Below, piece by piece: positions 52,111 to 64,000 of a stretch of 64,000 nt of DNA. Under the pieces are notes generated by a model that did no database searches, had not been told where the DNA came from, and worked only from the letters and a program-made list of their open reading frames with translations. Both the position numbers and the translations under genes were made by a program. How positions within the stretch are numbered: position 1 is the first letter of the stretch; every line of letters starts with the position of its first letter. The stretch comes from Azolla caroliniana (taxonomy: Eukaryota > Plantae > Polypodiophyta), in contig JBHGNT010000003.1 in assembly GCA_043228905.1 (NCBI GenBank), positions 4,960,001 through 5,024,000 of the forward strand, written 5' to 3'.

Positions 52111-54711
52111 CTAAACACAATATGTTAACACAAGAATCTAAGACATTCCACACTGGGAACAAATATTTGAGGATGAGCCATCTTGATAGATCTCCGCAAA
52201 GTTATATCTTGAGCATTAACGAGATCTACCAGTAACGCAACATCAAGAGTCTCTGCCTTTCCTAACCATGAAATCTATCATTCACATGTTGCTGAAATCA
52301 CATAGAAGCTGGTGATAGTCTTGGAAGGTGACAAATCTCACATCAGAGATGTAGGCTAATGATGAGTACTATAGCAAGAAAGGGAGTAGTATTATCATCT
52401 ATGAAATGTCCAAATAACCAGTGAGATGAAAGCATTTTTGCAAATGTATAAAATTGACATAATTTTATCTCATCATAAATATAACAGGTAGTCTATAAAC
52501 AAATTAAAACTAAAAACAAATGAATTGGGATGTGTCCATCATTAGATATTCTAAATCAGAATAGTCACTACAGTGTAGCCTATGACTCCTACGACAAGCA
52601 AGGATGGAATTAGCTTTTTGAGATTTTAAGGTTGTGCGTGAGGTCCTTGAGATCATGACCATTTTGCATGGGAAAGTGCTGTAACTCGTTCTATGGTAAT
52701 TCCTCTAGGACATGTCCTCTTGTGTGTTTGAGGTCTGGGGACATATGTTGGTGCCAACATGGAAGTTAATGATGGTTATCTAGCTGGATTGGCTTGTCTC
52801 CTGTCCCAAGGAAGGTGTATTCTATTGCTTCTTAATAGTTTCTCTCAGTAGCAAAGTCATGAAAAAGAGTCTCCGGCATCTCTGGTCATTAATGTCCTTA
52901 ATCTTTGAATGGGTCGAAACCCTTCCCTAGAAAGGTATTAGTACCTTTGTCTGAGACAACTACATATATTGTGCTCCTCTGTTCCAACATCTAGAGAGCA
53001 TTTCTGGCAGAGGTGGTCATTTGGTTGCAGCCTTTCATGTCTTACTCTCTGTATTGATCTGAAGTTAGTGTGACACCGTGCAGATGTGTCCAATTATGCT
53101 ATGTATGCTTTGTGAGAGGGGGGTATCCATGTTTGGGCTGGGTTTTTGGAAGTTATTCTCGCAATGTTCTATCTTTATGCCTAAGGGAAGAGGTGGGCTC
53201 AACCGAGCTTGTTCTGTTTCTAGCTTCACAATGTCCATTTCAATTACAAGATCACCGATTTTTTGGCTTGTTTGAATATCTTTGGCTGCCAAAAGTCTCT
53301 TGAAACGAAGTCAATTGAGTAATCATTCCCAAAATGTCCACCTGAAGTATTTAGAGAAATTTTGTTGCGTTTTGAAGCACATGTGCAGGCAGCCCGTAGG
53401 GTGGACTACTGTTGATGGGATACAATAATCTTGATATTGGTGTGACATTAGGATGAGAGGTATTGGTAACATGTAGCAACGATAAGGGGGAACCATTGAT
53501 GAGTGATCTCAAGTGGTGCTGGCATAATGAGGTCATGGGAAGAGGGAAAGATGCTCTAACGCCAATATTGCAATTTTTTTAAAAGAGGGAGTGTCAAAGA
53601 ATGGCCATCAGCATAAGAAAATAAGGGTCTCAAGAACTTTGCTGTGAAATATGGCCAAATAAATTCTTAATTTGTTTTGTAACAGGGGTTAAATCTCCAA
53701 AAAACATAGTGGAATAAACAATGAGAAGCTAGAAATACTTGAAAGATAGCCATTTGAAAAATATTTTCCCCAACTATCTTCTTTCCCTTGAGCATCAACC
53801 ACCAGAAAATGATTAGCTTGTGAGTGCCCTCTTATTGGCACCTCTTTGGGAAAGTCTACACATGCTTGCCAAGTTTCTCTCAGGCATTGCCAGCTGGATT
53901 AAGGCATTGATGTTAGTTAGCCTTTAGACATATTTTTCTCCTTACACATACCCATGCTTATGCGTGTTTTTTGGCTGTGCCGATGTCCTACCCCCTCCCA
54001 TGTGTGGGAATCATGACTTTCAAAGTTTTCGGACCAATGGCTACGCCATGCCATGCCCCCTCCATTGCTTGTAGACATCTCTTATAACTTTTGCGAATCC
54101 TTTAGACAAGAAGTTGATTGCTGTATATAGGGAGGACAGTACAAACATGAACTGGAAAGAGATCCTCAAACGATACCAGACTGTCAATGTGAGAAACAAA
54201 TTGCCTCGCAAGAAAATTGATGCTGCAGAGGTATGGCACCACCAGCTGTGATCTATCCCCTGCTAGAGAACACCATCTGAGGAGTGTGATTGAATACTCA
54301 TAGAAGAAGCTGAATCTCAACCTTTTGCATTGTCCTGCTCTGGACCTTTTGGCCCTGGGACTTAAGTGAACTGTTCTATGACCTTAAAAGCAGTTCACTT
54401 CCTTGGTTATCGATGATCTAATTGCCTTAATTTTTGCTTGATGAAATCAGATCCTCCTCCTCAATGGTCCTGCATACTCCACATTTGAATTCTGGATGGC
54501 CTTCGATGAGCATGGGTTTGTGAGAATCTCCAGTGTAACTGATGTGTTTCATAGCTCCCAAACGCTCATGAGAGAAAACCCTCTACTTTATTAACATAGA
54601 TTTAATGGGAGGCTTTAAACTTGGTATCTTTAGGATTTGGATGCATTTGAATTCATGCATTATTTTACCTTGGTTCTTTTGATGAGCAGCAGGTTAGTGG
54701 ATATTCATTCC

Positions 54712-55149
54712 ATGGCAAGTGAAGTGCTTCACACAGGAGGTTGTCATTGTGGGAAAGTGAGATGGCAAGTGAAAGCAGCGACCAATGTGATTGTTTGGGA
54801 TTGTAACTGCTCCAATTGTCGGATGCGTCGCAACACTCATTTCATTGTACCAGCCAACAATTTCAAATTGCAGGAAAGCTCCGTGGAGTGGCAGACAGTT
54901 TATACATTTGGTACTCATACTGCGAAGCACATCTTCTGCAAAGTATGTGGTATCACATCATACTACATCCCACGATCGAACCCTGATGGTGTGGCTATCA
55001 CAGTGCATTGTGTTGACCCAGGTACAATAAACAGCGTCACTGTGAAATCTTTTGATGGGATCAACTGGGAAGAGTCATATGGGGCATCAAATATTTCAGC
55101 GTCTTCGAAGGTTCCAGAAACTCGAGTTGATGATAGCTTTCAAAAGTGA
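54712..55149 (+). CDS. GFA/CENP-V family (Mss4-like, zinc-binding) protein, 145 aa, single coding exon
   Basis: HTGGCHCGKVR...CNCSNC...YTFGTHTAKHIFCKVCGITSYYIPRSNPDG. Confidence 0.93.
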   Translation: MASEVLHTGGCHCGKVRWQVKAATNVIVWDCNCSNCRMRRNTHFIVPANNFKLQESSVEWQTVYTFGTHTAKHIFCKVCGITSYYIPRSNPDGVAITVHCVDPGTINSVTVKSFDGINWEESYGASNISASSKVPETRVDDSFQK

Positions 55150-55899
55150 TCTAGATGATGAGATTCAACTCAAGGACATCTCACCCAACTCTACTTGCAT
55201 GTGAACAGGTCATTAACATTTGCATTTGCTCCACTACTAGCATTGTGTATTTCTTGAAGAAGAGGCAATGTGATGTAGGTGGTTTAGTCATACTGTGTTT
55301 GACAACGTCATAGCTCATTAACTCTCCATCAAGTGCCACAAAGTGGTTTATTCTTTCTGAACCTCTGTTTCTAATGCATGGGAAATTTAAGAGTTCATGT
55401 TTGTATTGTATAATTTTGCAATTGATAATATTTATAGGCATCTTGAGCTTGAGATGTTTGTGGGTCTTAAGTTCTTATGGGTAATACGTTGGATGTACAA
55501 TTAATTATGTACTAAAATTTTATGGCAAGGTTATCTTTTTGATACATCTTGAGTTGGTACTGAAGAGGTGGCAAGTTGTGTTATTATGTATCATGGGTCA
55601 TCCAAACCTTCATTTATATATCATATCCATGTTTACACTATGCTAAGAACAATAAATTTTCCAATGTCTGTTGCTGAATGCACGTGCAATACATCTTGCA
55701 TGTTCTGCAATATGAACATTTTCTAACCTTGTCAAAACTTTGGAAGTACTAGAAGCTACACAATGTGCTCGTACTTGGAACTTGTTTGTTTAGAATGCAC
55801 ACTTGCTAGAGTAAGGTTTAAAGCTTAAAAGTGGTGTGATGCCTTCCAAATAAAATATATGCCACCATCTCATCCTCAACAAGCTCATTGTGTGGAAGT

Positions 55900-56500
55900 T
55901 TCAAAACGACCTAAACTTAATGTCTTCCATCCTCACTATGGATGTTGCAATCCACATTAGCAACCCTATTGTATTTGATTATGAGACAATCACCGATGTG
56001 CAATTGCGTTGTGTTCGTTTGTGAGAAAGGATTCTCACTTACAAGTTACTAATTTGTTTAGGGGTGGGCAGTGCAAGTTACAAAAAGTACAAATTTGATG
56101 TGTTCTTTCAACATTAATTGCCTACAAAACAAATTTTGCTTCTTTTGCACCAAGTATATAATAGAATCCATTAATCTATACAAAGAAGAGGGTAAAGCTA
56201 TGGATCCTTGTGTGAAGTGTACAAAAAGGGTCACAAAGTTAATGATGCCCAAATTGTAATATACCCATAAAAACTCTTCTTCTTGCATCACCTCAATGCC
56301 CTAGATAGTTTTTGACACAAAAAAGATTAAAATTGTAATCTTCCAGACATTGGTGTCAAATTGTTGATTTGTTCTCGCCACACTATCAAGAGAGCAAGTT
56401 GTAGTGGATTTCATATCTATGCAAAATCATATTTACAAACATGATTGGGCATTGCTCTATGATCCAAGTTATCAAGATTGACTAACTTGAGGCTATCCAA
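55900..56500 (-). mobile_element. degenerate copia RT/RNase H remnant
   Basis: YLGIEVMQ-like segment near 56285-56310 and KEHI near 56100. Confidence 0.4.
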
Positions 56501-58191
56501 ACTTTAGCCATGCTAGAGCAAAAATGCTACCATGACTTGTCCTAGAGACAAGTAGTATAGTATGGTTATTTGACATCATGGTCACACTGCCTTCATGTAC
56601 GATGCAACCATCTAGGGTACATGTCACCCTTGTACAAGACACAAATAGAGCAACCACAAGTCATGCTGTCACATTGATGATATTTCGCCTCCACCTCGCA
56701 TGAGATCATTTGAGTTGAATATCCGTTGATTATGAATGGGCATTATTCTTGACAGTGAAGCTCACCAGTTTGATGCAAACCATTCCACCTCAGAATTACA
56801 TGTTTGGGGTTCAAATCATCTAAGGAAATGGCAACAAAACATGCAAAAAGATCACAATACTCACAAGTAATGAAGTGGTTCAACAACAATGACATCAGAA
56901 GTTAGTCAACATAAAGCAAGGAAAGGATTGTTGAATTGACAATGGAGATCACAAAACATAGATCGTCCCCTCACAAGATCATGGAGATCATTGCTCACCG
57001 TGTTTGATCCACATGAGGAAACCAATATGCACTTCTTGAACTCCTCCATAAGCCCCATTCCATCTCACCAACAAACTCTAGTCACCTTTACCTCAACAAA
57101 CAAACAGGCACATCAATAGTTCATTCAACTTTAGTAGATGTGATCTGACTCCATGTCAACTATCAAATACAAAAACATTGTGCATATCCAAACTATCACA
57201 TAATCAAATTTTCTTTTTTAGTAAATAGAATTTGTATTAATTAAGGAATGTATCAATATTATAAATATAATGGATGTGGGAGAATATCAAAATAAACCTA
57301 TTGGATTACCCATTGATTCTGTCATCATTTAATTCCTCCGTATGGACCTATTCCACCATGCTACATACGTGCAAATGACAGACATGATGTCCTCTTAGCC
57401 TACAAACATCTAACTAATCTTGGGTCAACCTCCTTGAAGTCTCCAACACATAACACATCCTTGTCATTCCACTCAGTTGGAATTCTATTCTCTCCCTCTT
57501 TCTCAGACATATTCAACATACGTCATGCTTGTAAACCATCTCAAAATTGATTCTAATATTGATACTGGATCAATGAGCCACCCCTCTCTTTTAATGTATT
57601 TACTCGTGATCTTTTATGTGCTTTTAGGCCACAAGCAACTCAGTGCTTTTAAGGTCTTCCTTGCTTCCACCTGTGCTGGTTCTTCCTGAAGCTAATGAAG
57701 TCTTCCTAACACTATATTAAATTGGTTCCTTCTCTCCTAATAATAAATTATTGATTGAAATGAGTTATTTTGGGAGGGATGTCAATTGTTTGGTATGGAT
57801 TACTGACAGTGAAGCATAGAATAACACTCAAACAAATTCAGCATAGCTTGATTTTCTAGTGGAGTGCTTGCACTGGCATTGATCAAAACAATGGTGTTAA
57901 AGAACAATCTCTAAGGAAAACTGATCCAGAAACCATGTCTATAATCTTTGAAAGGCACAACAGAAAATTTCACCGGACTATATAACATTCACTCAACATA
58001 ACAGAGTTCATGTTACTCATTTCTTTTTACACTCCATCTGAGAACTAACTGCTCACACTGCTACATATTTAACATTAATTTGGGGTAGCACAATGTTCGT
58101 CTTACTCATTTCTTTTTACATTCCCAATGAGAAACAGCTTCTCAATACTGCCATTTACAAGTTACTTAGTACAGTAGAAGTACCTGCAAAA

Positions 58192-61100
58192 TTACCCTGC
58201 TTTGTCCGAAGGACAAGATTTGCAATAGTTTAGAAAAGGCTCAAAATTCATCTGCCATTGCTGTAGTCGTCCCTTGAGTTCAACGAGCTTGTCCAATTCG
58301 CTGGATTGCAAAGTCATATCACCTGATTTACCAGATTTTAAATGAATTTTGATTCCAAAAGATCAATCATGCAGCTATCAACCAGACTTCTGAAAAAAAC
58401 TAGCTATACCATTCTCTTTAAAGGGAAGTGTTACTGGACAGATCTGATCATCCAGCTTAGAGAAACTGTTATATTGCGGAAGGTGAAAACCTTCTTCATT
58501 ACTTACAGTTGCATTTGGGCTTCCATTGTTAGCATTTTGTATCTGCAAGAAAGTTACGTTAAGAACAAACTATTATATATGTAAGATACAATAGTGCCAT
58601 CACATTAATGACAACAAACAATGATGGTTCACATGAAACAGCAGTGCAGCAAAATGCGCAGAAGATGGTTCACATTCAACAAAATCATGACAAGATGAAA
58701 TATCCAAGATATTTCTGTAGAAACCAAACAAGTACAATCTCATTCGAGGTTTTCACATAGTGGGGAACCACCACATCCACAGATTTATGAGGAAATTTTG
58801 AGGTCTGCAAGAATGGGAGACATTCCGTCTCATCTAGATGGAGACTTTAATCCACACCCATGTAGAGATCAAACAATATTCTGTAATACCGTTGGCATCA
58901 TATTTGTAGAGATTACAGCCATGGAATTTGGCATGCAAAGATCAGCATGTGTCAAAGGTAACTACCTTGAACTTGCAAGTAGTAACAAATTAGTCATTTG
59001 CAATAGCCTCTTGGAATGGACAGCATCAGATTCATCAATACACAGGAATTGAGAATGTGGGGCAAGCACGGTGGACTACTTGATGAGAATCTGATTGTTA
59101 ATAGCAGAAATCAAAGAGTTTATCATCTCTGTGATACCAACTGGTATGGCTGCTGGTCATGCATACTTGAAATTTGTGGTAAAAAGGGAACTGCCTGAAA
59201 CTGTGGATACCATATGATATATAGCAAAACATACAATGTTTGTCCATATGATATATAGCAAAACATCAGGCCATATGAGATAGCTAGAGCACAGTTGCAG
59301 TATCTCAAATAGACATAGGCACAATTCTTTAAGCCATGACACGTGTACATAGAATCTGGGAATTGCCTAAACATAACTACCCACAGTTGTCTCTTGCCTC
59401 ATCCACACAGAGAGCAGAGGGAGCTGAAACTAATTGTTGGTATTCACAAATGAATGATCAGTTCCAAGTACATGGTATGGAGAAGGATTTATTTCCACCA
59501 TCTGTTTGGACATGACTAAGACAGATTTCACTATGGACATGGGACAAAACTTGGATCAACCCAAAAGCAAGTAGCCCAGAAGATTGTTGGTTATACATGA
59601 TTACATTTCAAGTCATTTCGTTTAAGAAGGCTGGAGTAGAAAGATAATGTTATATTGTATTTTCTTCTTACAAACAGTCTTAATCTTTATCAGATAATAT
59701 AGGCAATTATAGTCTTTCAGAGACGTTTATATATTTTTTATTCCTTTCTTTTGCTCCCAACCCTTTCCTTTTCTGTGCACAAATGTATATATTTGCAGCC
59801 CTATCTCCAACCTTGATTGCATAACTTACACACTCTAGTTCGTGATGTTACCTTTTGTGGGTCTCTTATTGTCCTCTGTGGAAGAGAGGAAACCTTCTGA
59901 TACCATATCCATCTTATTCCTACTCCATCTCTTCTGCCTTGCATCTGATGTTCCCGGCCCTTGTCATCAACTCCTTAACCATGATTCTGTTACGTCTTCT
60001 AATGATTGATGACTTTCCAAATAAATCATACCTTCTATTCCAGTTCCTCATGAGAAAAAATCCATTCCTATGGTTGTGCAATGTATCATCATTGGAAATC
60101 AGGGAGATTTTCCACAGCCAGATCTGACTCAGCCTTTCCATTCCTCTGGATTGAAGATAAGTGATTTTTCCCCTCATGTTCCACTTTAAGTTTAGATTTC
60201 ACTGACCTTGCTTCAATGGATGTAGATATGCTCCATGAGATTTGGAGGCCACTATGCTATGCATACAGAATTGAAGGTAATCAAGCGATGATTCTTGGGA
60301 GCTAGTACCTCAAACATCCAAGCTAAACAACATTGGGGTAAGGTAGAAATACGAAAAACAAAATGCAAGAACTGGTATGTTGGAGAAGCGTGAGGCATAT
60401 ATAGTAGCAAAGAGTTATTCTTCACAACCTAGAGTGAACTTGACGAGACCAACTCTGCCATCTTATCTCTGGCAGCTCCTCATGGGTGGCCATGCTTCAG
60501 CTGAATGTCATGATTGCTTTTTTTAATGCATAGTTTACAGAGAGCAACCACCTGGTTTGGCCCTCTGTAGCAATGAGCCTAGAGAGTGTCATGATTTTTA
60601 GGCAACCCATTCCTCACCTAGACTTGGATAAACCTTTGTAAGATTGGGAAATTATTGATAGGCTGATTATGTAGTGCACATCAGCCAATCAGATATATAA
60701 GTAGATTACCAATTATCAGCTATGTTTGAAGGGTAAGGGCAGCTCCTTCTGGGATCTCCATCTTATATACACATATCGTAGGTGAGAGTAGGTCACTAAT
60801 ATTTATGAAACATAAGTGAAGGGTTGTTCTCTAATGTTATAAGGGGGCTAATGTAATTGGATAGAGGGAGTGTTAGGTGCATGCACTATAAAGATCTTTA
60901 CAACCAATGAATGGAGCGTCTTCTAAAATAGCACATCTATTCAAGGGGCCTAGGAAAAAATATAAATATGAGGCCTACAAAAGCTGAAGTCTTGAAACAC
61001 CGATGGTGTGAGCTAGACTTTCCAAATATAAATATGAGGCCTACGAAGGCTGAAATCTTGCCACACTAGTGATGCACACTAGGCTTTCTTGTTACCTCTT

Positions 61101-64000
61101 CCAAGGTACTAGTCATCCTAATATCTGTTGGTATGGAATGTTGGTGGTAGGTTGGGAATGTCTTGATCATAGTTCAGGGGTGGTCGGGGGGATCAAGTTC
61201 TATCTAATCTATTCACCTTTCATTTACTTTAATTTGGTCTACTGATTAGTAGAGATTCTTAACACTCCGCATCGTACAAGATAGGTGGAAATCCATGATA
61301 ATGTTCAGCTGTCCCCATTCAAATGCAAATTATTTGTTTAGAGTATGTTTGTGAGTGAGCTTCCCCTTTCTGTTGCCCTCTCAAGAAGAAAGATTTCAAG
61401 TGGTTGCTGCTTCTTTTGTAATACAGCCATAGAAACTTATTGTCATGGATTGTCCAAAGGCATATGCTTTACTATACAGGGTATGGCATTCTGTTGTCAG
61501 AAGAATGATGCATCAACATGATCAATCATGACCTAGCAGGTTTTATGCAACCACAGGAGATTTTGTGTACCACTTTCTGTATTTTGGGGATGTTGGCATA
61601 ATGGGCTCTCCACAATATGTTCAGGTTTGATTTCCATTCTTGTGCAGACATATCAACCGTTTGGGAAGTCTCCTTCACTGTCCATTCAGCATGATAGCCT
61701 ATTTGATTCTTATTATGCAGGATGATTTGTTTCCTTAGCAGCCAGGCAGCCATCTATTTGGTTCCTTTGTCTGACATGTCATTGTTTTGTGACTTTTGAA
61801 AAAAAAGAAGGTAATTTCAGGAGATGGGGAAGAGAGGGCATAGCAGTTGCTGGATAGATAGATATATTTGTACTATTCACAGGAAGAAATAGCAACAACT
61901 AAATGGTTGTTTTATTCCCATGGAAGGCTATGCTCGCCATCCAAGGAATCCAGCACACAATGGCTTAAATGCACACATAGCATTCCATAAAATTCAGCTT
62001 TAATGGATATGTATATAAAATCATTTTTAGTAATCGTATCATGAAACTTTTCTCTAGGTACACAGGATATATTACCTCATTCAACTTCGTGGTTATATCC
62101 TCCTCACCATCATATTTTACAAATGCACCACGATTACTTTCTTTATTTGAAGATCTGATCTTAATATGTGAGGGTAAGAACCCATGACGTATGTCTTAGG
62201 TAAAGTTAAGAAATCCAACATCAAATCTGCTTACAATCTGCTGCAATAGTAGAGTAGAACAAGGACATAATAATCGGGTGGATACAGTCAAGAAAAAATG
62301 GCAGAACCTCTAGTTTATAGTCCTTAAATTTGCGAATTCCTGTATCAATGATCGGCAATGAAAAAAGTCAATATAGAAACAAATGCACGTGTCATTAACT
62401 TTGACAATACTTTAGATTGACTGGACTTGTATATGTGACTCTCAAGTTTTTCGCTGTAATAATGGAATAAGAACTGTTTTAGCATTCATGTAGACAGTTA
62501 ACAAAATTACCGGTTTGTGTGACAGGTGGTGCCCGGTGAAAAGCAGTGGCTTGTTGGTAAAGATTCCTAGAATCAAGTTTTTCTGATATTTCATAATTTT
62601 GAGATATTATGCATCCTTTTCCTGTAAGCTGGAGCATGGTGAAGTTCCGTCCACCCAGGCTGGAGGAGAAATTAAATGTCCCAGAAACAAGCTCCATCTC
62701 GTTAGATGCAGGCAAAAAGAATTCAAAATGCATATGGGGAGTCTCAAAATTTCTCTCGATATTCTCCTTGTAATTGAAGTTCGGATTCCTCAACTTTATA
62801 GGGAACTGCCAGGATGAAACACTGCTGATTGACTCCAAATTTTTTGTCTGATCTCCACCCTTAGCTCTACCGAGAGTTGTGAGAGATGTATCTGGATAAG
62901 AATGTGGGCCATAGAAGAATGCATGTACATCCCCAGATTTGAATGAATGTCCTAAAATGACCCTACCTATACCATAAAAGTAACACTCAGACACAACAAT
63001 GAAGCAAAATAAAGAGAGGTTCAAAATCCAGCACATACCCGCCATTATAGGTAAGTCAACACCATGTCTAATATTTGTACATAGATCTGATATACGATAC
63101 ATTTGAAGGTAGTCTGGTGGATATTGTTGCATTCTATGCTCCCACTGCATCAACCAAAAATATGGTATGATTCAGTAAAAATATAGAAGGTATACTACAT
63201 ATTTTTGTGTCATCAACAGGTATCATTAGTGTTTACTTAACTTCATGATTTGTGACATTGTACAAAAGAAGGAGATTTGACTATGCAACATATTAATGCA
63301 CAAGGCTTGCTACAGAATAAAACTTGAATGATGGAACTGGCCAAAGATGAATATTGCATATTAAAGATAGCTTACAGTCTAGACATATAAAATAAGCTTC
63401 GGCCTTATCACCTGTAGCAATGGTGTCTTAGGCTGCCGAATATCATATAGTAACACATGGTTAGTTGAAGCTGCAGCAAACTGGTACATGCCATCATAAT
63501 CAGCTCGGGAGATAGAAGTGAAACATTCATTTCTCCAGTGTTGGTTGCAGTAAGAAGACAAACCCGGTGCACAACTGTCAGCTATACAAGAACAAAACCG
63601 CTTGCTCCCATGCTTTTGCCTCAGATCGACTAGAAAGAGCTTCTTGTTCCCAGCAACAATAAGATTTCTGGGATGCCAAGCATATTCGCAAGTCCATTTC
63701 CTGGTTAATTGACTATGCTTTACATCTACAGGTGACAATTTCTGTTTCTTTATATTTGTAATTGCAATCGCTTCATCTTCACAGCCAGAAACTTCCACGC
63801 CAAAATCTTCCTCCATATTTACCATGAAACAAGGGTCATGAAATCTCTCTGACTTAAAGTCAAAAATATTAATCTCTCCATTTTCAAGCATTACAGCAGC
63901 TTCCCCAGGGATATGTGAATTCCATACAACCTTTTACATCAGACACATTACCAAATGCAGAATCAGTATATATCATAGTGTAAAACAGGAAATGTAAGGA
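58192..64000 (-). CDS. TAF1C-like (RNA polymerase I SL1 subunit C), 3' part; gene continues beyond the window
   Basis: Exons include about 63412-63955 (CEYAWHPRNLIVA..FLVDLR..FAAASTNHVLLYDIRQPKTPLLQ), WEHRMQQYPPDYL, VILGHSFKSGDVHAFFYGP, NFTMLQLTGKGCIISQNY, DDQICPVTLPF, and terminal ELDKLVELKGRLQQWQMNFEPFLNYC with TAA at 58192-58194. The family was assigned from recalled plant TAF1C motifs. Confidence 0.65.
60958..61060. repeat. about 66-bp imperfect tandem repeat within an LTR-like intronic segment
   Basis: aaatataaatatgaggcctac.aa.gctgaa.tcttg occurs twice. Confidence 0.7.

Noticed and set aside
60637-61264. Possible solo LTR (TGTAAGA...TCTTAACA) in a TAF1C-like intron
   Set aside because: No matching TSD and no second copy in the window; boundaries are unsupported.

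Overview
AT-rich, intron-rich nuclear DNA of a land plant, probably a fern or other seed-free vascular plant. This is inferred from abundant (GA)n/(TG)n microsatellites, TE-expanded introns, and plastid fragments that carry unedited codons. Five host genes are recognisable: PP4R3/SMEK (PSY2-like; minus, about 24 exons, 11909-28161), a group-III-like cyclic nucleotide-gated channel (minus, 7 coding exons, 30690-42616), PsaO (minus, 4 exons, 48480-49477), a GFA/CENP-V-family protein (plus, 54712-55149), and the 3' part of a TAF1C-like Pol I factor (minus, 58192 to window end). Mobile DNA comprises a structurally complete but inactivated Ty1/copia element (1652-6915), a solo LTR with a perfect heat-shock element, an hAT MITE, L1 and copia remnants, and many copies of an RTE-X-like LINE family. 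The most interesting observations are three. (1) The LINE ORF2 has a C-terminal extension with a canonical PCNA-binding PIP box (QRTITTFF) that is conserved in a diverged copy. (2) These LINEs are nested into each other, share a 3' stem-loop and lie next to CT-rich microsatellites. (3) A PP4R3 intron holds a mosaic plastid insertion (rpoB+ycf2+rpl2+ndhA, all co-oriented) that retains pre-editing codons. All calls were made by eye and no database searches were run.
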